A stretch of 62,073 nucleotides of DNA, filler included, from Choristocarpus tenellus KU-1152 (Eukaryota > Protista > Phaeophyceae), in NCBI GenBank assembly GCA_964200185.2. It is 12 parts of 12 records of this genome, joined end to end, with 100 filler letters (N's around TTAATTAATTAA, not from the genome) between each part and the next. Parts side by side here need not be neighbours in the genome. Positions count along the whole stretch, not along the records: positions 10,265 to 14,711 come from CAXNAD020014508.1; positions 14,812 to 18,167 come from CAXNAD020020573.1; positions 18,268 to 26,204 come from CAXNAD020005369.1; 9 more parts are not named here. The stretch is one strand, 5' to 3'. Positions within the stretch are counted from its first letter, which is position 1. Every line of letters starts with the position of its first letter. A program made the position numbers and the translations under genes. The notes under the pieces are model-generated. The model searched no databases, was not told the origin of the DNA, and was given only the letters and a program-made list of their open reading frames with translations. Of the stretch, positions 13,421 to 26,304 are shown in pieces.

Positions 13421-14229
13421 TTGGGGCACTTTGTATATGGTTAAAGAACCTTGTAGTAGAGCTCTATACAGAACGGACTCTGTTGTTGAATTTTGTTGAT
13501 ATATATTGTTCCCACTTGAAGAACAAATGCAATGGATGACATTAGTCTATATGTTTGATAGGCGTCGCATTGTGAAGATATGTTTCATGCTTTTAGCACT
13601 AAAACATTCCCTCCTGTTTTTCTGTCCAAGGTGTGGATTTTCTTCGATGAGCAAAAAATGGCATTGCACAATACTTGGATATATTTCAATTCATTCAAAT
13701 GCACTATTCATTGGAATCTTACCACACACAGCATATATCAAGTTTTGACCACTCTTTCCTTCCCAGGCTCTCATTGTCATTGATCCACCACCATATTGTG
13801 TGGTAGGCATATTACCTCACGCGATTTGGAGATTTGCCATATGGAGAACTTCTACACCTTCTCAACTCTTGCTCCCTGAACGAAGAGTTGAACTTTTCAT
13901 CATTATTGAACTGTCCATCTTTATCATGATATTTTATACTCCCCAAGAACCTTATAGAGCCTGTGCTATTAATTGTGTTTTCTATATTGTTGGTATATAT
14001 ATATATATTTCAAACGTATGTACAAGTGAGCAGGTGAGAATCTTGGACAAGAGCCGTTAAGAGTAACTATAACTAGGTGACGTAGGATGGAAAAAAGGTG
14101 TCGGTTGTGTTGATGAATAATAAATAGGCACTTCTGGGAGGTAAGTTCTCTCTATACATATAGTTTCAGTATTGTAGTTTTGAAACAAGGATGCGCAAGA
14201 CACATCAGTAAAATTTCAGAGGGCATAAT

Positions 14230-14711
14230 ATTGAAAAATATTTCAAGGACCTCTGCAAGTGTATCAGTTGTCGTCGATGGTAAGGCACCTGTCTAAGGAA
14301 TATTTTATGTTTGATCAGTATTTTCACGGCAATCTTTTCTCCTCAATATATTCTATACTCCAGAAGCATTATTTCCGCATTACCCACCCACTGCCATGCT
14401 GCTGGTCCATGGTTTTCATCAATTGCAAATGCATGATATTATGCATGCATTTCAAGTTAGATATATCGTGCAAAAAGTGAATGAACGCAGTAATATGCAA
14501 CTCATCCCTTGAAATCGTAGGAAGGCATTTTCCATTGTTGTATCGAAGAGGACTAATTATGGACTGTTCACTAAGAACAAACAACAACGATAGTTCTCTT
14601 TATTCATTATCACGCAATCGCCACTGCCGAAAGGACTAGGCCTTAACAGCCGATTTCAAAAATTGAGGATGGAGCTTTTCATTGAAGATGGGCTTGACCC
14701 AAAATTGACTG
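14230..14711 (-). mobile_element. Possible very decayed Gypsy integrase remnant
   Basis: The reverse complement of 14641-14700 resembles 15030-15075 at DNA level (AAAAGCTCCATCCTC...ATCGGCTGTTAA); downstream motifs are weak. Confidence 0.35.
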
Positions 14712-14859
14712 NNNNNNNNNNNNNNNNNNNNNNNNNNNNNNNNNNNNNNNNNNNNTTAATTAATTAANNNNNNNNNNNNNNNNNNNNNNNNNNNNNNNNN
14801 NNNNNNNNNNNTCCACCGACCGCACTAATTATTAAAGCAAGCCAGCCAACACAGGGCAC

Positions 14860-15790
14860 ACATGTACACAACGATCAAACGAAATCATTGCCGCCCCCCA
14901 CAAACTGTCCTACTACCACCTTCGTCGGGATGGATTCCCATTCGTAGCGGGGTCCTCCAAAAGTGTCGCAACATTTACAAAAAAATATATATGTGCACTT
15001 TCCGCGCACCATTCCGGGTTTCGTTCATTCTCCATAAAAAGCTCCATCCTCCATTTTGGTGATCGGCTGTTAATTGCTGTTGATCTTGTACAATATAAAA
15101 CCATTTTCTATGGTTGCCGGTATGTTCTTTTGGGTATTTGTCAGTTGACACGCTTTGCTTTTCTCATTCCCATTCCAGACAAACAAGAAGTGACCTTTGC
15201 CAAAGCTTTGTTTGAAATAATATTTTTAATATATGGGGGCACCCGAAATCCTTCACTCTGACCAAGGTTCGGAATTTGAAAATGAACATGTTCTGGAATT
15301 GCAGACAGTGTTTGAGTACCGTAAAGCTCGTACCACACCCTACAGACAACAGGGTAACTCTGTTTTAGAGCGTGTTCATTCTACTCTGCATCAAACGTTA
15401 TCCGTGTGCAGTAAAATAGCAGAGAATAATTGGGGGATTGTTGTTCCATTCCTTCAATTGCTCACAATACGCATACAATACCACATTACAAGAAACACCT
15501 TTTTTCATGCTTTTTGGACGCCGGCCAATTTTACCGGTAGATGTCATTTTTGGTATATCTAAACAACATTTGCGCAATCTAGTCAATCAACAGCTGAGAA
15601 TTTACAGTTAGCTTTTGAATTAGCTCGTTGCAATCTGGGAGAACGGAATGCTAAGAAAATTGCTAGCAAGGAAGCTCTTGTTTTCCCTGTGTTTCAAGTT
15701 GGAGCTCAAGTTTTGGTGCACCGTCCACATACTGACCGTGACGGAACTAATCCAAAATTGATCCATCCTTGGCGTGTAGCTTTCACAGTG
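14860..15790 (+). mobile_element. Ty3/Gypsy integrase fragment
   Basis: LTRFAFLIPIPDK, GAPEILHSDQGSEFEN, TTPYRQQGNSVLERVHSTL, TPFFMLFGRR, FQVGAQVLV...PKLIHPWR (GPY/F module); frameshifted. Confidence 0.9.
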
Positions 15791-15909
15791 AATACCCTAA
15801 CCCTAAATTTTATACTTTTTTATATTTTTAAGTATATTGGTGTTGCGAATTATATTTGTGTTTCAGTCAATGATTTTTGGTTGTGTTGTTCAATATATAC
15901 ATCAATATA

Positions 15910-16830
15910 TATATATATTTTCACATGGATGTTTGTTTGAGCAATATCAACTTGCGGTATGTTGATTTTTTTTGTACATGTGCACCCATGTATGAACGGA
16001 GAAGACCTGACTTCATTTTTGCAAAATGACTCTTGCACACTTGTTTTATTTTGTTTATTTTATTTTTTTGAGGACAACTGTTTTAACAGTTTTTAGTGAT
16101 GGTGTATGGCCAACTCCATCCCCGTGTTTGTCCACGGTTTAAACTTGATTATTTTATTTCCCCAACTTTGTTTCTAATTGATTGGAACATCCATGTGGTA
16201 TGCTATTGGATTTTATATACACAAGTATATACTGATTGGTGTTCCAGCTATACAGCTGTAATTTGATCACGATTTCTGCGCTCCCATTGGGAGTCTCCCA
16301 TTTTCTTTTTCTCTCATTTGAGATGATAGTCCATGTTTTTGCATCTGTATCTCCTTGCTGGAGTTAACAGAATTTCATGATAAGACTAAGGCTAGTCCTT
16401 GTCCATGCCCCTTTTTCACGTTGAAGATTTGACCAGACGTGGTCGTATCTGATACATCGAAATAGTGATCGTTCCATTTGCTCAGATATATTTGATTATC
16501 TCATCCCTGATCAAGGTGAAGCGGCACTGATTTGGTTGCCACCAAATCAATCTTAGTTACAAGTGCTAAGTTGTGAGGCTTTACGAAAAACACTTCTTGC
16601 TCTGCATTTTTGCAAAGTTGCAGATATTTTTTTTTGTACACAACTGTCTTGCAAGACAGTATTTCCTTGTTGAGAAACTATTTCTTCTCTCTTTTCATTT
16701 TATTTTCAATGCTCATTTCAGTTTTTCTTCATACACATTTCCTTCATTTCCCATTGATACCTGTGTTGTTTTGATACCTTCATCAAACGACATTTGTTCT
16801 TGCACATTGAAGGTAACATCTGCTTGAAGT
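15910..16830 (-). pseudogene. Highly decayed Fanzor1/TnpB-like RNA-guided nuclease gene (C-terminal half)
   Basis: Collinear motifs across frames: FDEGIKTTQVSMG (cf. FxxxIxTDGVS), LDQG (cf. RuvC-I DPG), SYHE...QWERRN, KFKPW, GHTPS/KLLKQL, KTSVQESFCKNE (cf. TSxxCxxC), IHGCTC, DIAQTNI (cf. RuvC-III RDxNAxxNI). Confidence 0.6.
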
Positions 16831-17099
16831 AAGATCGGGTTATGTGGAGTGACCTCTTACAACCCCCCATCTTTCGGTTACCACCTGAACACTCCTTTCC
16901 TGAGTGATCTTCTAAGGGATTGCTCTCCCTCTTTGACTTGTCTCTCTTTGATCTTGCCTCCTATGGGTCTTCCCACTCCCCTTCATTACGACGAACCTGT
17001 CGGCTTGTTTCCATCTGTTTCACGTAGACCTAAAACGCATAATAAAACATGGCATTAAAAAGGTGTGTTGATTATGTGGACGGAAGAATTCCGGTTGGC

Positions 17100-18100
17100 G
17101 GTAACTGTCTTGGAAGAGGTGGGATTACGTGTTAATATTGTAGGTTATAAACAATAATACTTAATAGGTTGGTACACACAGCAGAACGGAAAAGGGTTGA
17201 GGGTTCTGGCAGAGGGGCAGTGTAAGGGGTAGGTGGGGACGAGTAGTAGAATGCGCCGTTTCTAGCAGAAATATGTTTATCCCATAGAGTTCACGACAAA
17301 AAGAGAAAAGATAATAGGTCAGGGTAGGAGTAGTCTACCTGCGAAAATCTTGAAGTACAGTTTAAGATATGGCTTGAAATGTAGAGCTGGGGTAGATATC
17401 AGGTCTATATCGATCAGTGATAGAGTACGTGGGTTGTCTTCCGCTGCCTATATGGTTCACCCCAAACCCATATGGCCGGAAAAATCGAACAGCGTGAGCT
17501 CATCGTAGGATGATGTAGAGGGGATCACCCCAGACAAGGATCACACGTGGAAGGTACAAGGCTAGTATTGGGACTCTTTATTAGGCATAGGCACCCTGTG
17601 AATCAACGGCTATGTCAATATGAGTAGGCATGTAGCATAGCTACAAGTTGGGAGATAACGTGGTATAAGAAACAAAACAAAAAATCTGGATAGATAGGAG
17701 TACTGGATGAGGGCACATGGTAGGTGGGGATCTGAAGTAGAGTGAATGCCACGAAAGTAAGAATTGGGGATTGGGAGTAGATGTACGGTCGGAGAGATTA
17801 TTTAAAACGAGATGCGATAGTTAAAAGAAAGGGATTGGGTGAGAGCATCATATTGGAAAATATGGAGGTAAAGAAGAGTACACCAATGTAAAGAGGGGGG
17901 GAGGGGAATGAATAAACGCGGCTCCTGCACCCCCTTGTAACTTTTATTTTGAGATAACCCGGTGAATGAAGGGCTACTGTAGGCATTTGAGGGCTAACCC
18001 TAAGGAAGATTCGTGGGCATTGTTTTCTACAATCATTAACAAATCACCACAGTGAAAGAAAGTCATAAAAGAAGGTATAGGACCTATTAGTGGGATAATC
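17100..18100 (-). mobile_element. Possible heavily decayed non-LTR RT remnant
   Basis: GDPLYII (cf. QGDPLS) followed by AAEDN (cf. YADD) at a plausible spacing; many stops. Confidence 0.3.
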
Positions 18101-18267
18101 AGTTCAAATGAATAAAATGGGTGGGAGGGTGGGAGGAATGATTTAGGTCACAATAGTGGGGAAACCANNNNNNNNNNNNNNNNNNNNNNNNNNNNNNNNN
18201 NNNNNNNNNNNTTAATTAATTAANNNNNNNNNNNNNNNNNNNNNNNNNNNNNNNNNNNNNNNNNNNN

Positions 18268-21200
18268 GATCCTTGCTCCTCCCCCTTCTCTCGGCCTTCC
18301 TCCCCCCCACTTCCCCCCAGTCTCCTTACCTCTGCGTCTGTCCTACTTGAACCTCTACCAGTATCTCCCTGTGGACAGGGCGAAATCCCAGAACAAAGAA
18401 CAAAAGATTTTAGTACATGACCTTGGGCACCAAAAAAGAGATGAGGCACTTGATTAAATTCCACGATTTCATTCAAGCAGCCCCTCACCCTGCTAGGCTT
18501 TTGTTAAAGCACAACGAAGTGAGTGCAATTTTTTTTTATTGGAAAAAACACGAGTGAAACTATTGGAGGGGTCCATTCTGATCCTCTTAAAAAAAAAAAA
18601 ACTGGAAGGCCCTTTTGATCCCTGTGCTAATATACACCATGCCTGCAAATGAAATGCAGGTGAACCTCCTAGAGGAGAGTATGGTTGCAGAAGAGAAGAT
18701 TTGGGTTTGCACAATGTTAGCCAAAAGTGCCCTCCACATGAAACACGTAGGGGCCCTTAAAACTCAATAATACTCTTCTCTAAGAATGTATCAGTCACAT
18801 GTACCCTCACTATTGCTTCAAAGTACTCTGTACCGTTATTTTCTTTTTGGCTTGAAAATTCAAAAATCTGATGACGAGCTCTCCCCCCCAGGACCTCTAA
18901 TCTCCTGATGCCACTGTATTGGTTAGAAAATGGAGTCCTAACCACAACCCAATCTTGTAATATATTCTATTTTTCATACGTATACAATAGGGCTCTACTG
19001 TGGTCTGTGCTATGTACTATTAGTGATGGTACATAGAAGAAAAATCTTACTCAGGCACAACTTTTACTATCTACCTCAAAGTTCAAGGCCACAATAAAAT
19101 AATCAATAGCATTTCACCAGATTTTTGCGATGATCACAAATGTTTTTTTTGTTTTGTAATAGAGAGTGCTCACTATCATAACTGCTCTGTCATTGCAAGA
19201 TGAAGGAGAAAAAAAAAACCCCATCATCGGTACATGGGCTATTGCAGCAGAGGTTGGCTCAGGAAGAGGGTGGAGGGGATGAGGCACATGGACTACTACA
19301 ACAGAGGGTGGAGGGGATGAGGTACACGGACTACTACAACAGAGGGTGGCTCAAGAAGAGGGTGGAGGGGATGAGCAGGTGCCCCTTCAAATACCTCAGG
19401 TAGTCAACGAGGACTTACCAGGCGTCCTGGCGTGCCGTTCACATGGCGGATTTGTTCCTTTGCATACTTCAGTGATCTAACAGCCAAAGTTTTGGCCAAG
19501 TTCCCTGTGTCAGGAGAGTGAAAAACACGCACAAAACGTTTTGTGTGCGTTATGTATGTCAATGCATTAATCCTGAGCGCATGTCTTTAAAAATGGATGG
19601 TTTAATAGTTTTGTGGTTTGTATGCACGTAGGGAGAGAGTAATAGTACATACTTTGAAATGTTATGTGTGTGTACAGCATATATAATGAAAAAATGATCA
19701 AAAGCTGCCAAAGCCTCTGATTCGGGGAAGGCATCATTCCCATTGCATTGAAAACAGCTCCCATTGCTACAAGGCGAAATGCAGATGACATATTTTGGTT
19801 GCGGCACACCATGGTGACTGCTCTTTAAAGGGCCTTTGCCTTCACTTGAGTCCTCTCTATATTCTATTTGAAAGCAATATTTGTATTTTGAGAATAGCAC
19901 AAATGTATCGACAGGGGGAGGGGGATATTGCGGGGTTCATTCATCCTATATCAAGTTGGTGTGACACACACACGCACATATATATATATTTATACACAGT
20001 CTGTTGTAGTTGTGCTAACGCTGTGTCTTAGGTTTTGTCCACTGCCCCTAACCACACTACCTATTGCATCAGCGACTTGCCACCCAGTCGTGTTTTCCAT
20101 GCATGCCCTCAACTCCTCACACACCCCTCACGCCTTCCTGTACCTCCATGCACCACCACACCACGGAAACAATTCTGAACTGACACAATCATGCTCTGTA
20201 GCTTGATTTTTCTATTTATTTTCGATGGTGGAGGTTCAGGGGTAAGGGGACGAAAAGATGGCATTGAGCAAGAAACACAACAGCTTCACATCACACCCCT
20301 GCCCTCTTAATCCACCTCTCACTACTATTGGCAAAGACGTGTCTCTGACTCAATATCTTGGAGATAATGCATGGCATAGTATGGACACCACGACACTGTA
20401 TACTTGAAGTAGTAATACAACAGGTTCCTCCTCAGGGCGTCTCTACAAAGGGTAAGACAAAGCAAAACAGTTTCTATGAATGCAATTGGTGACTGTCCTG
20501 CCTCTGTACCTAAGGTTCCCACGAGAGGTTGCTATAATATGACATGATCATGGCAACAAAAAACCGGTTCATTAGGGGTGCTCCCATATGTGGAGGCATG
20601 CACACATACAAATACTTTGTCGTGGAGGATGAAAAAGTAGGCAATAAGTTATCGGTGGCAGAATATGAAGAATATAATCCCCAACCCTAACAGTACCTAT
20701 CACCTTTCTTCACTGAGGTAGGCAGTGTGTACACATCCTGAGGTAATATTAGGCCCCCAGGGCGGGGGTTGAAGGTAAAGGTAGGGTGGGTCATGTGGAA
20801 GTTTGAGAACATATAATGGAAGTTTGTCAACACATACCTGTCTCAGTGCACTGGTCGACAGCGTCCTTGCTCAACCTGAGAGCCTCTTCAGCAACTTCTT
20901 TTGCTTTTTGGGCCTCTGCTCTGGCTTTCTCGACCATCTCTCTTTGGTCTTGCCAATTGTGATTCTCTTCCCTCTCGAAGACTCGTACGTCCGGGCCCTT
21001 GCCCCCGACACGGTCATCACTGTTCAGAGCATTCCTGAGTGTCACAACCTCTGAACTCAGTCGGCGGTCAATCCCTCGAGCGAATTCAATCGCCTCCTCT
21101 CGAACTCCTGCTAACTTTTCCAGGAACTTCCCGTCCTTAAACTTTGGGTCAACCATATGTTCACCTTGAGGAGGTGTTACTGATGTCCCGCCTGTCCCAC

Positions 21201-22053
21201 TCATGTCACTACCTCCGTCCATCATTGTTGCAGTAGTGATCTTGATATGGTCGACTGCTTGGGGGGGTCTACCTGCATTCGACATGCCACATTGCTGCAT
21301 ATTAACGGTTTTCTCAAACTCTCCAATCCTTTCTTCCAAGGCGACCCTCCACTCTGAAATCTCGGCTATGGCATCTAGCACTTCGGTTGGCACTTCAGGC
21401 TTGAACTCACTGCGGCCTGCGGCCAGGTCAGGACCACAAGGAATAGAGGAGGCCAGACACGGCCGCCCAGAGACTCCTTCTAGCACAGCAAGCCTCTCCT
21501 CGAAGGCGGCATTGATCTCGGCCTGCTCCCTGCCTTGTTCTTCGCTATACGTCTGGGCAAGCCTGACGAGCTTTGTCAAACTCAATAGCTACAACGGCGC
21601 AAGAAGGATCAAATCTCAAGTCACAATACAGGTTTTCGCCGGCTGATGTGGGGTTGGATTAAATCCTGAGACGTAAGAGCGATAGCATCGGAGATCTATG
21701 CAAGTAGATCCGAGATCAACACACCAGTTGCCCAAGTTGGGTGTGAGGAGTGATGACGAGTAGTCGCTGTAACCGTTCTTCCTCCTCCTAGCGAAAGATT
21801 TCCTTGGATCACCACTACCTACCTTGTCTTCAACAGCATTAGCTTGATCAGCTATCTTGTCGATGTGACCGCTGAAATCTTGTGCAGCCAAGCATGCAGC
21901 TGAGACCCGCTCCAGCTGTACCTCTAGGTATGTCGTATACGCCCCTCGATCAGTAAGGACCTTGTTCTTGCTGAGGGCATCCGGAGTGAGGTTCCGGCGG
22001 CGCGTGAAGGAATCATAGTAGGATCGTGCACCACGTGAGTCTGGTTGGATCAT
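18268..22053 (-). CDS. Hypothetical coiled-coil protein, 5' four exons (runs into the contig end)
   Basis: Exons 22053-21823, 21588-20838, 19504-19419 and 18368-<18268; GT-AG, phases 0/1/0 consistent. Helical segments YLEVQLERVSAACL and LTKLVRLAQTYSEEQ. Confidence 0.8.
19232..19376. repeat. Intronic purine-rich minisatellite
   Basis: Repeated AGAGGGTGGAGGGGATGAG and GGACTACTACAAC units. Confidence 0.7.
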
Positions 22054-22491
22054 ACTCTGTCCCTCCTCTCTAAGTTCTGTTCACAGTGTGTGTTCAACCT
22101 GGAACCTATTTGGAAGATGAGGGAGGATATGTAACAAATCTAATCAGTATTGAAAATATTTGATCTGTTCAGTTGTAATACTTATTTTACATAGTTCTAT
22201 TTTTAGAACCGCCTTTCCAATGTTTACATCCCTTCCGACACTGATCCTTTTTTTTTCTACCGATCTTTGAGAGTGTTTTGTTTGCCACCCATCGCATACC
22301 TGTGAGGTTAAACCCCTTTTGCTTGGCCCCCAGCCAGCCTGAATCCCTGGTTGCCCTCTGGGGGCTCGTCTGCCTGTTTGAGGCCGTAATTTTCGTTGTT
22401 GGAGGCATTTCATCAGCAACTTGTATCTCGGTTTATCTGGGGATTTTCGGCGGGAGGGTCTGTGGAGGAACCCTGTAAGAGGACCCATAAA
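22054..22491. promoter_or_regulatory. Putative bidirectional promoter
   Basis: Divergent start codons at 22053 (-) and 22492 (+), 438 bp apart. Confidence 0.5.
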
Positions 22492-25481
22492 ATGTCGACC
22501 ACATCGAGGCCCACCCGGCATTCAAATGGTGGTGGGTACTCCAATAAGCAACCGGATTCCCTCGCGAAGGTGAGGCTGTCCTGTTTCTATGATAATCAAT
22601 CCATCAATTTCCTAGAGCGGGTCACATTTCGAACTCTCCTGTAATACATCCCTGATCTAATCAGGCGTTCCCAGACCCTGGTGGGCACTCAGTTACCGAG
22701 GACAGACGTGCCAAACGTTTTCGATAAAATGAGTGGGTCTGGTGTACCTGTGGATGATTAATCGGTTGATTTCCCTATCAAGAGTCATAGTCCCTACATT
22801 TCGAACATGGTACTGTCGTCCTCGCTAGATCACCATGTTATCTGCCCTACTCTCTATAACCGCTCCCCTCAATTACTGTGTTCCATGGGACTCCCGTGCA
22901 GTACCGTGGTGCCTGTCCTGCCGGAAGGACAGATGCGGAACTCATTGATCTTGTGAAGCGGATGAACGGCGATGACGAGAAGATCCAAAGCGCTCTGGAG
23001 GATTGGTGGCAGCGTGAGTAGTAGAGACCGGGGTTGTGGGTAGTGTAGCATCATTGTGATTCTTCTGCTATTACCAACCTTCGGTTCAATCCCCACGCTG
23101 ATAGTTGATCCGCGACGGTCACCTGTCCTACCCCCTAAATTAGGTAGGGTATAGTTGAAACACGTTGAGTGTTGACCCAATGTTGCCTCTGAAGTGCAGG
23201 GCTACGCCATACGTAGACGATGCACCCGGTTGCATTACAATTCGATTAATGTTTCAGTGCAAACCACTGGAATTCGACGATATGGTGTTCCAAAAATTGT
23301 CCACACCCCACTCCCTAGTGTTCATTTTTTCTGGTGGAAATGGACGAGAGTGTAAAGGCAATGATTATAATCCACTGTGTATTCCATGTTCTAATTCTGT
23401 GGGTGCCAGCCTTGTACTCCTGTCATTCCTAATACCTTACGCCTTTTGGAAAGCAATTTGTGAAAGAAATTTGGTAGTTGAGAAAGTGCAGCAGGTGGGT
23501 TACTTATTGGAGCTCCCCAACAATGTTGAAAATCTCAAACGGTATGAAATATTGTTGCTGTATTACCTCCTTGCAACATGAACACAATTGATTGCACCAT
23601 GTGTAGAATTACCCGTTCAGAAGGTTGGGTATTCCAGGAGACTGATAGTTGACTATGTTGGGTTATTTGGAGGGGGTGAACACTCCTAAATGCCTCACTT
23701 TGTTGGAAACCCCTTCTCTTCCTTCTCTTCCTTCCCTGTTTCGACTGTGTCAATAGATATATGATATTTTCCTTCATGCTCTTACTCTTCTCTCTTTCAT
23801 AATGATGGTCATGCAGATGATCAGGGAGAGTGGGTCACCTCTACAAAGAAGAAAAGGGCGGGAAAGGCTGGGATGGGCGGTGGTGGAGGCGGCTACTCCA
23901 ATGGTCGGGGCCATGATGATCGAAGGGATGGACGCGGCAGCCTTGGAGACAAGATGCGGGGGGTAAGGGGAAGAAATGGGATAGATGCAGGTGGCCACAT
24001 GCTGCCTTGATTGCAATGCAGGGAGTGGGGAGGGGTGTGTGTATGGAGTGGGAGGTGGAGCACTCACCTCAAGTAAGCGAACAAAACATGCTTCCAGTGT
24101 TTTAAACTCATACGCCTTCACCTTTGTTTTCAATCTCAAACAGCTAAATTGCAAATGGGAGCACTTCCCAAGACTACCAGGTTGCAGTGTAGGGCTTAGG
24201 ATTCAGAAATTGTTTTGCTATCCTCCCCAAACACACCCTCAATGGCTACTCTGGTGTACTTGCAAGATTTTTCTTCTTTCACATTGACAATGTGGCTGGT
24301 AGGTCCACCATGTACTCCAGTTGGTTGGTTGCTGGCACGAGCCTGTTATTTTTTTTGCCTTTGTCTCATCACAGTCCATCGTAAGACCTTAGGTGGAGGG
24401 CTGCTATCTTGACACAATATTCAACTTCCATTGTGAGCAGTTCTTTGTAGGGTTGCATGTTCCGAGTCAGCACTGCATACTCACTTTTGCGGCCCCCAAG
24501 GTCATCAATACTTCCGTCAGCGGAGTAAGAGTAAAAAAAAAGAAAACGAGAGTGTTTAGATTCCCCCCCCCTGCTTTAGTGTTTTTTTTGTTTTTGTGGA
24601 GTATTGTATTTGTATTTCTGTAATGATATATTTATGAAAGATCAGCATACAGAATAATCCCTCCTGTTGTTATAATTTGAAGGAATAAAATGATACACTT
24701 TTTTTTTTGAGGGGCTTCTGATTCCGCAACTTTCATAGTTATAAATGCTTTGGCAATCTCTTGAGATGAGAATTGATTGGGTCAAGAGATGATAGAGCAC
24801 CTACTCCTGTTTCTATTGCCCAACCTTAAGTGGAGCTGTTACACAGCCCTCTGCATACATCGCACGATAATTGGGTTTATGAATTGGTTGAATTTGCATC
24901 CTTAGACTTGCGTCAGTTGAGCACTGACTCTCAAGTCGATGGGATCCTGTGCAAGGGCTGAATGTTTTTTGTGACAAAGCCATGGTATGCTTGTCTTGTA
25001 AAGATGATCCACAGCGCCAAGTATGGGATGAAAATTTTCGCCTACCACAATATTACATTCCCAGATATAATGTCGTGTGTGTGTACGTGGGAGAATGGTA
25101 GTGTACCCAGAATCATCAAACAATTAGCTCCTCAATTTTGGTAAATATATGGGTGGTTTTTTTATTGAACGTGGCTGATTGGAATGAGCACTGAGTCACA
25201 GCTCTATGTCTCAGTATCATGAAACCTGTATCGTCTTGCCCCTACAGGTTCGAATTGAGGACAGAGACAGGCGATCTTATCATGATGGTGGCGGGTACCG
25301 TGGAAGTGGAGGAGGGCGTGGTCGAGGCCGCAGTGCTCCGCCTGCAGGTGGCCGCGGGGGCGGTGGAGGGCGAGGAAGTGGTGGTGCTTCATCTGGCGGT
25401 TGGGGCGGGTCAAGAGATTCTTCAGGTGGCGGTGGTGGAGGAGCTTGGGGTAACAGCAGGTCCACCTCTATTCCTCCTCAG
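22492..25481 (+). CDS. UBAP2/Lingerer-like protein (UBA-like N-terminus, W-x-x-x-x-KKK motif, RGG region), 5' four exons
   Basis: Exons 22492-22569, 22902-23013 (GRTDAELIDLVKRMNGDDEKIQSALEDWWQ), 23817-23962 (GEWVTSTKKKR) and 25248-25481 (RGRGR/RGGG). GT-AG with phases 0/1/0. Family assignment rests on architecture only. Confidence 0.75.
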
Positions 25482-25586
25482 GTTTGTTGCAATCTCACAT
25501 ATCTTCTTGGTTGATACTGGTCTTAGCTGGTAAAATTGTGCAAAGTAGTTGGTGTCTAGGGGCATATCGTGTATATTTTGCTTGCT

Positions 25587-25900
25587 GGCTCGAAGTATCT
25601 CGGGGGGGGTGGTGTCTGTCCGTTTGGGACTCATTTTTCCATGTTGCGATTTTTGGGTGATTTGGTTGCGTGCGTCAGATGGGTGATGTAAGTGCACTTT
25701 TCCTGGTCAGGGCCGGAATGGACAGCCTGGTGTAGACCCCCCCCCCCCCCCCCCCCCCCCCCCACCCCGGCGCCCGGGGGCGGGCGGCCCCCTCGGGCGG
25801 CCCCCGGGGCTTGACAATGACACAAGAAAGAGNNNNNNNNNNGAATGGACAGCCTGGTGTAGACCCCCCCCCCTCCCCCTCCCCCCAGATACTTTGAGCC
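25587..25900. mobile_element. MITE family B copy with an internal gap or local misassembly at the poly-C tract
   Basis: TIRs GGCTCGAAGTATCT / AGATACTTTGAGCC; TSD GCT. Confidence 0.8.
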
Positions 25901-26304
25901 GCTGTGCTGTCCACCCTCTGATGCAGTTCTTTTGGTATGCGTAGTGTTGATATATGGTGAGGATGGTGTTGTTAGAAGAGGTTTGGTGGTGGGACAAGTT
26001 GGTGCGCACAAAGGCTTCATGTCTTGGATGGACAACATGAAAACCGTTCATTATCTTGCTGACGTCTTTCCAAACTCCCCCGAGGGGTGTACCAAGACCC
26101 TACATAGTGCTTCTTGACTCTGTTGGGTGCTGTTGCTCTCCAGGATGTTTTTTACATGGTGGAAGAGCAGTGTTGAACTCTTCCACTCCCCCCCCTCCCC
26201 CCATNNNNNNNNNNNNNNNNNNNNNNNNNNNNNNNNNNNNNNNNNNNNTTAATTAATTAANNNNNNNNNNNNNNNNNNNNNNNNNNNNNNNNNNNNNNNN
26301 NNNN

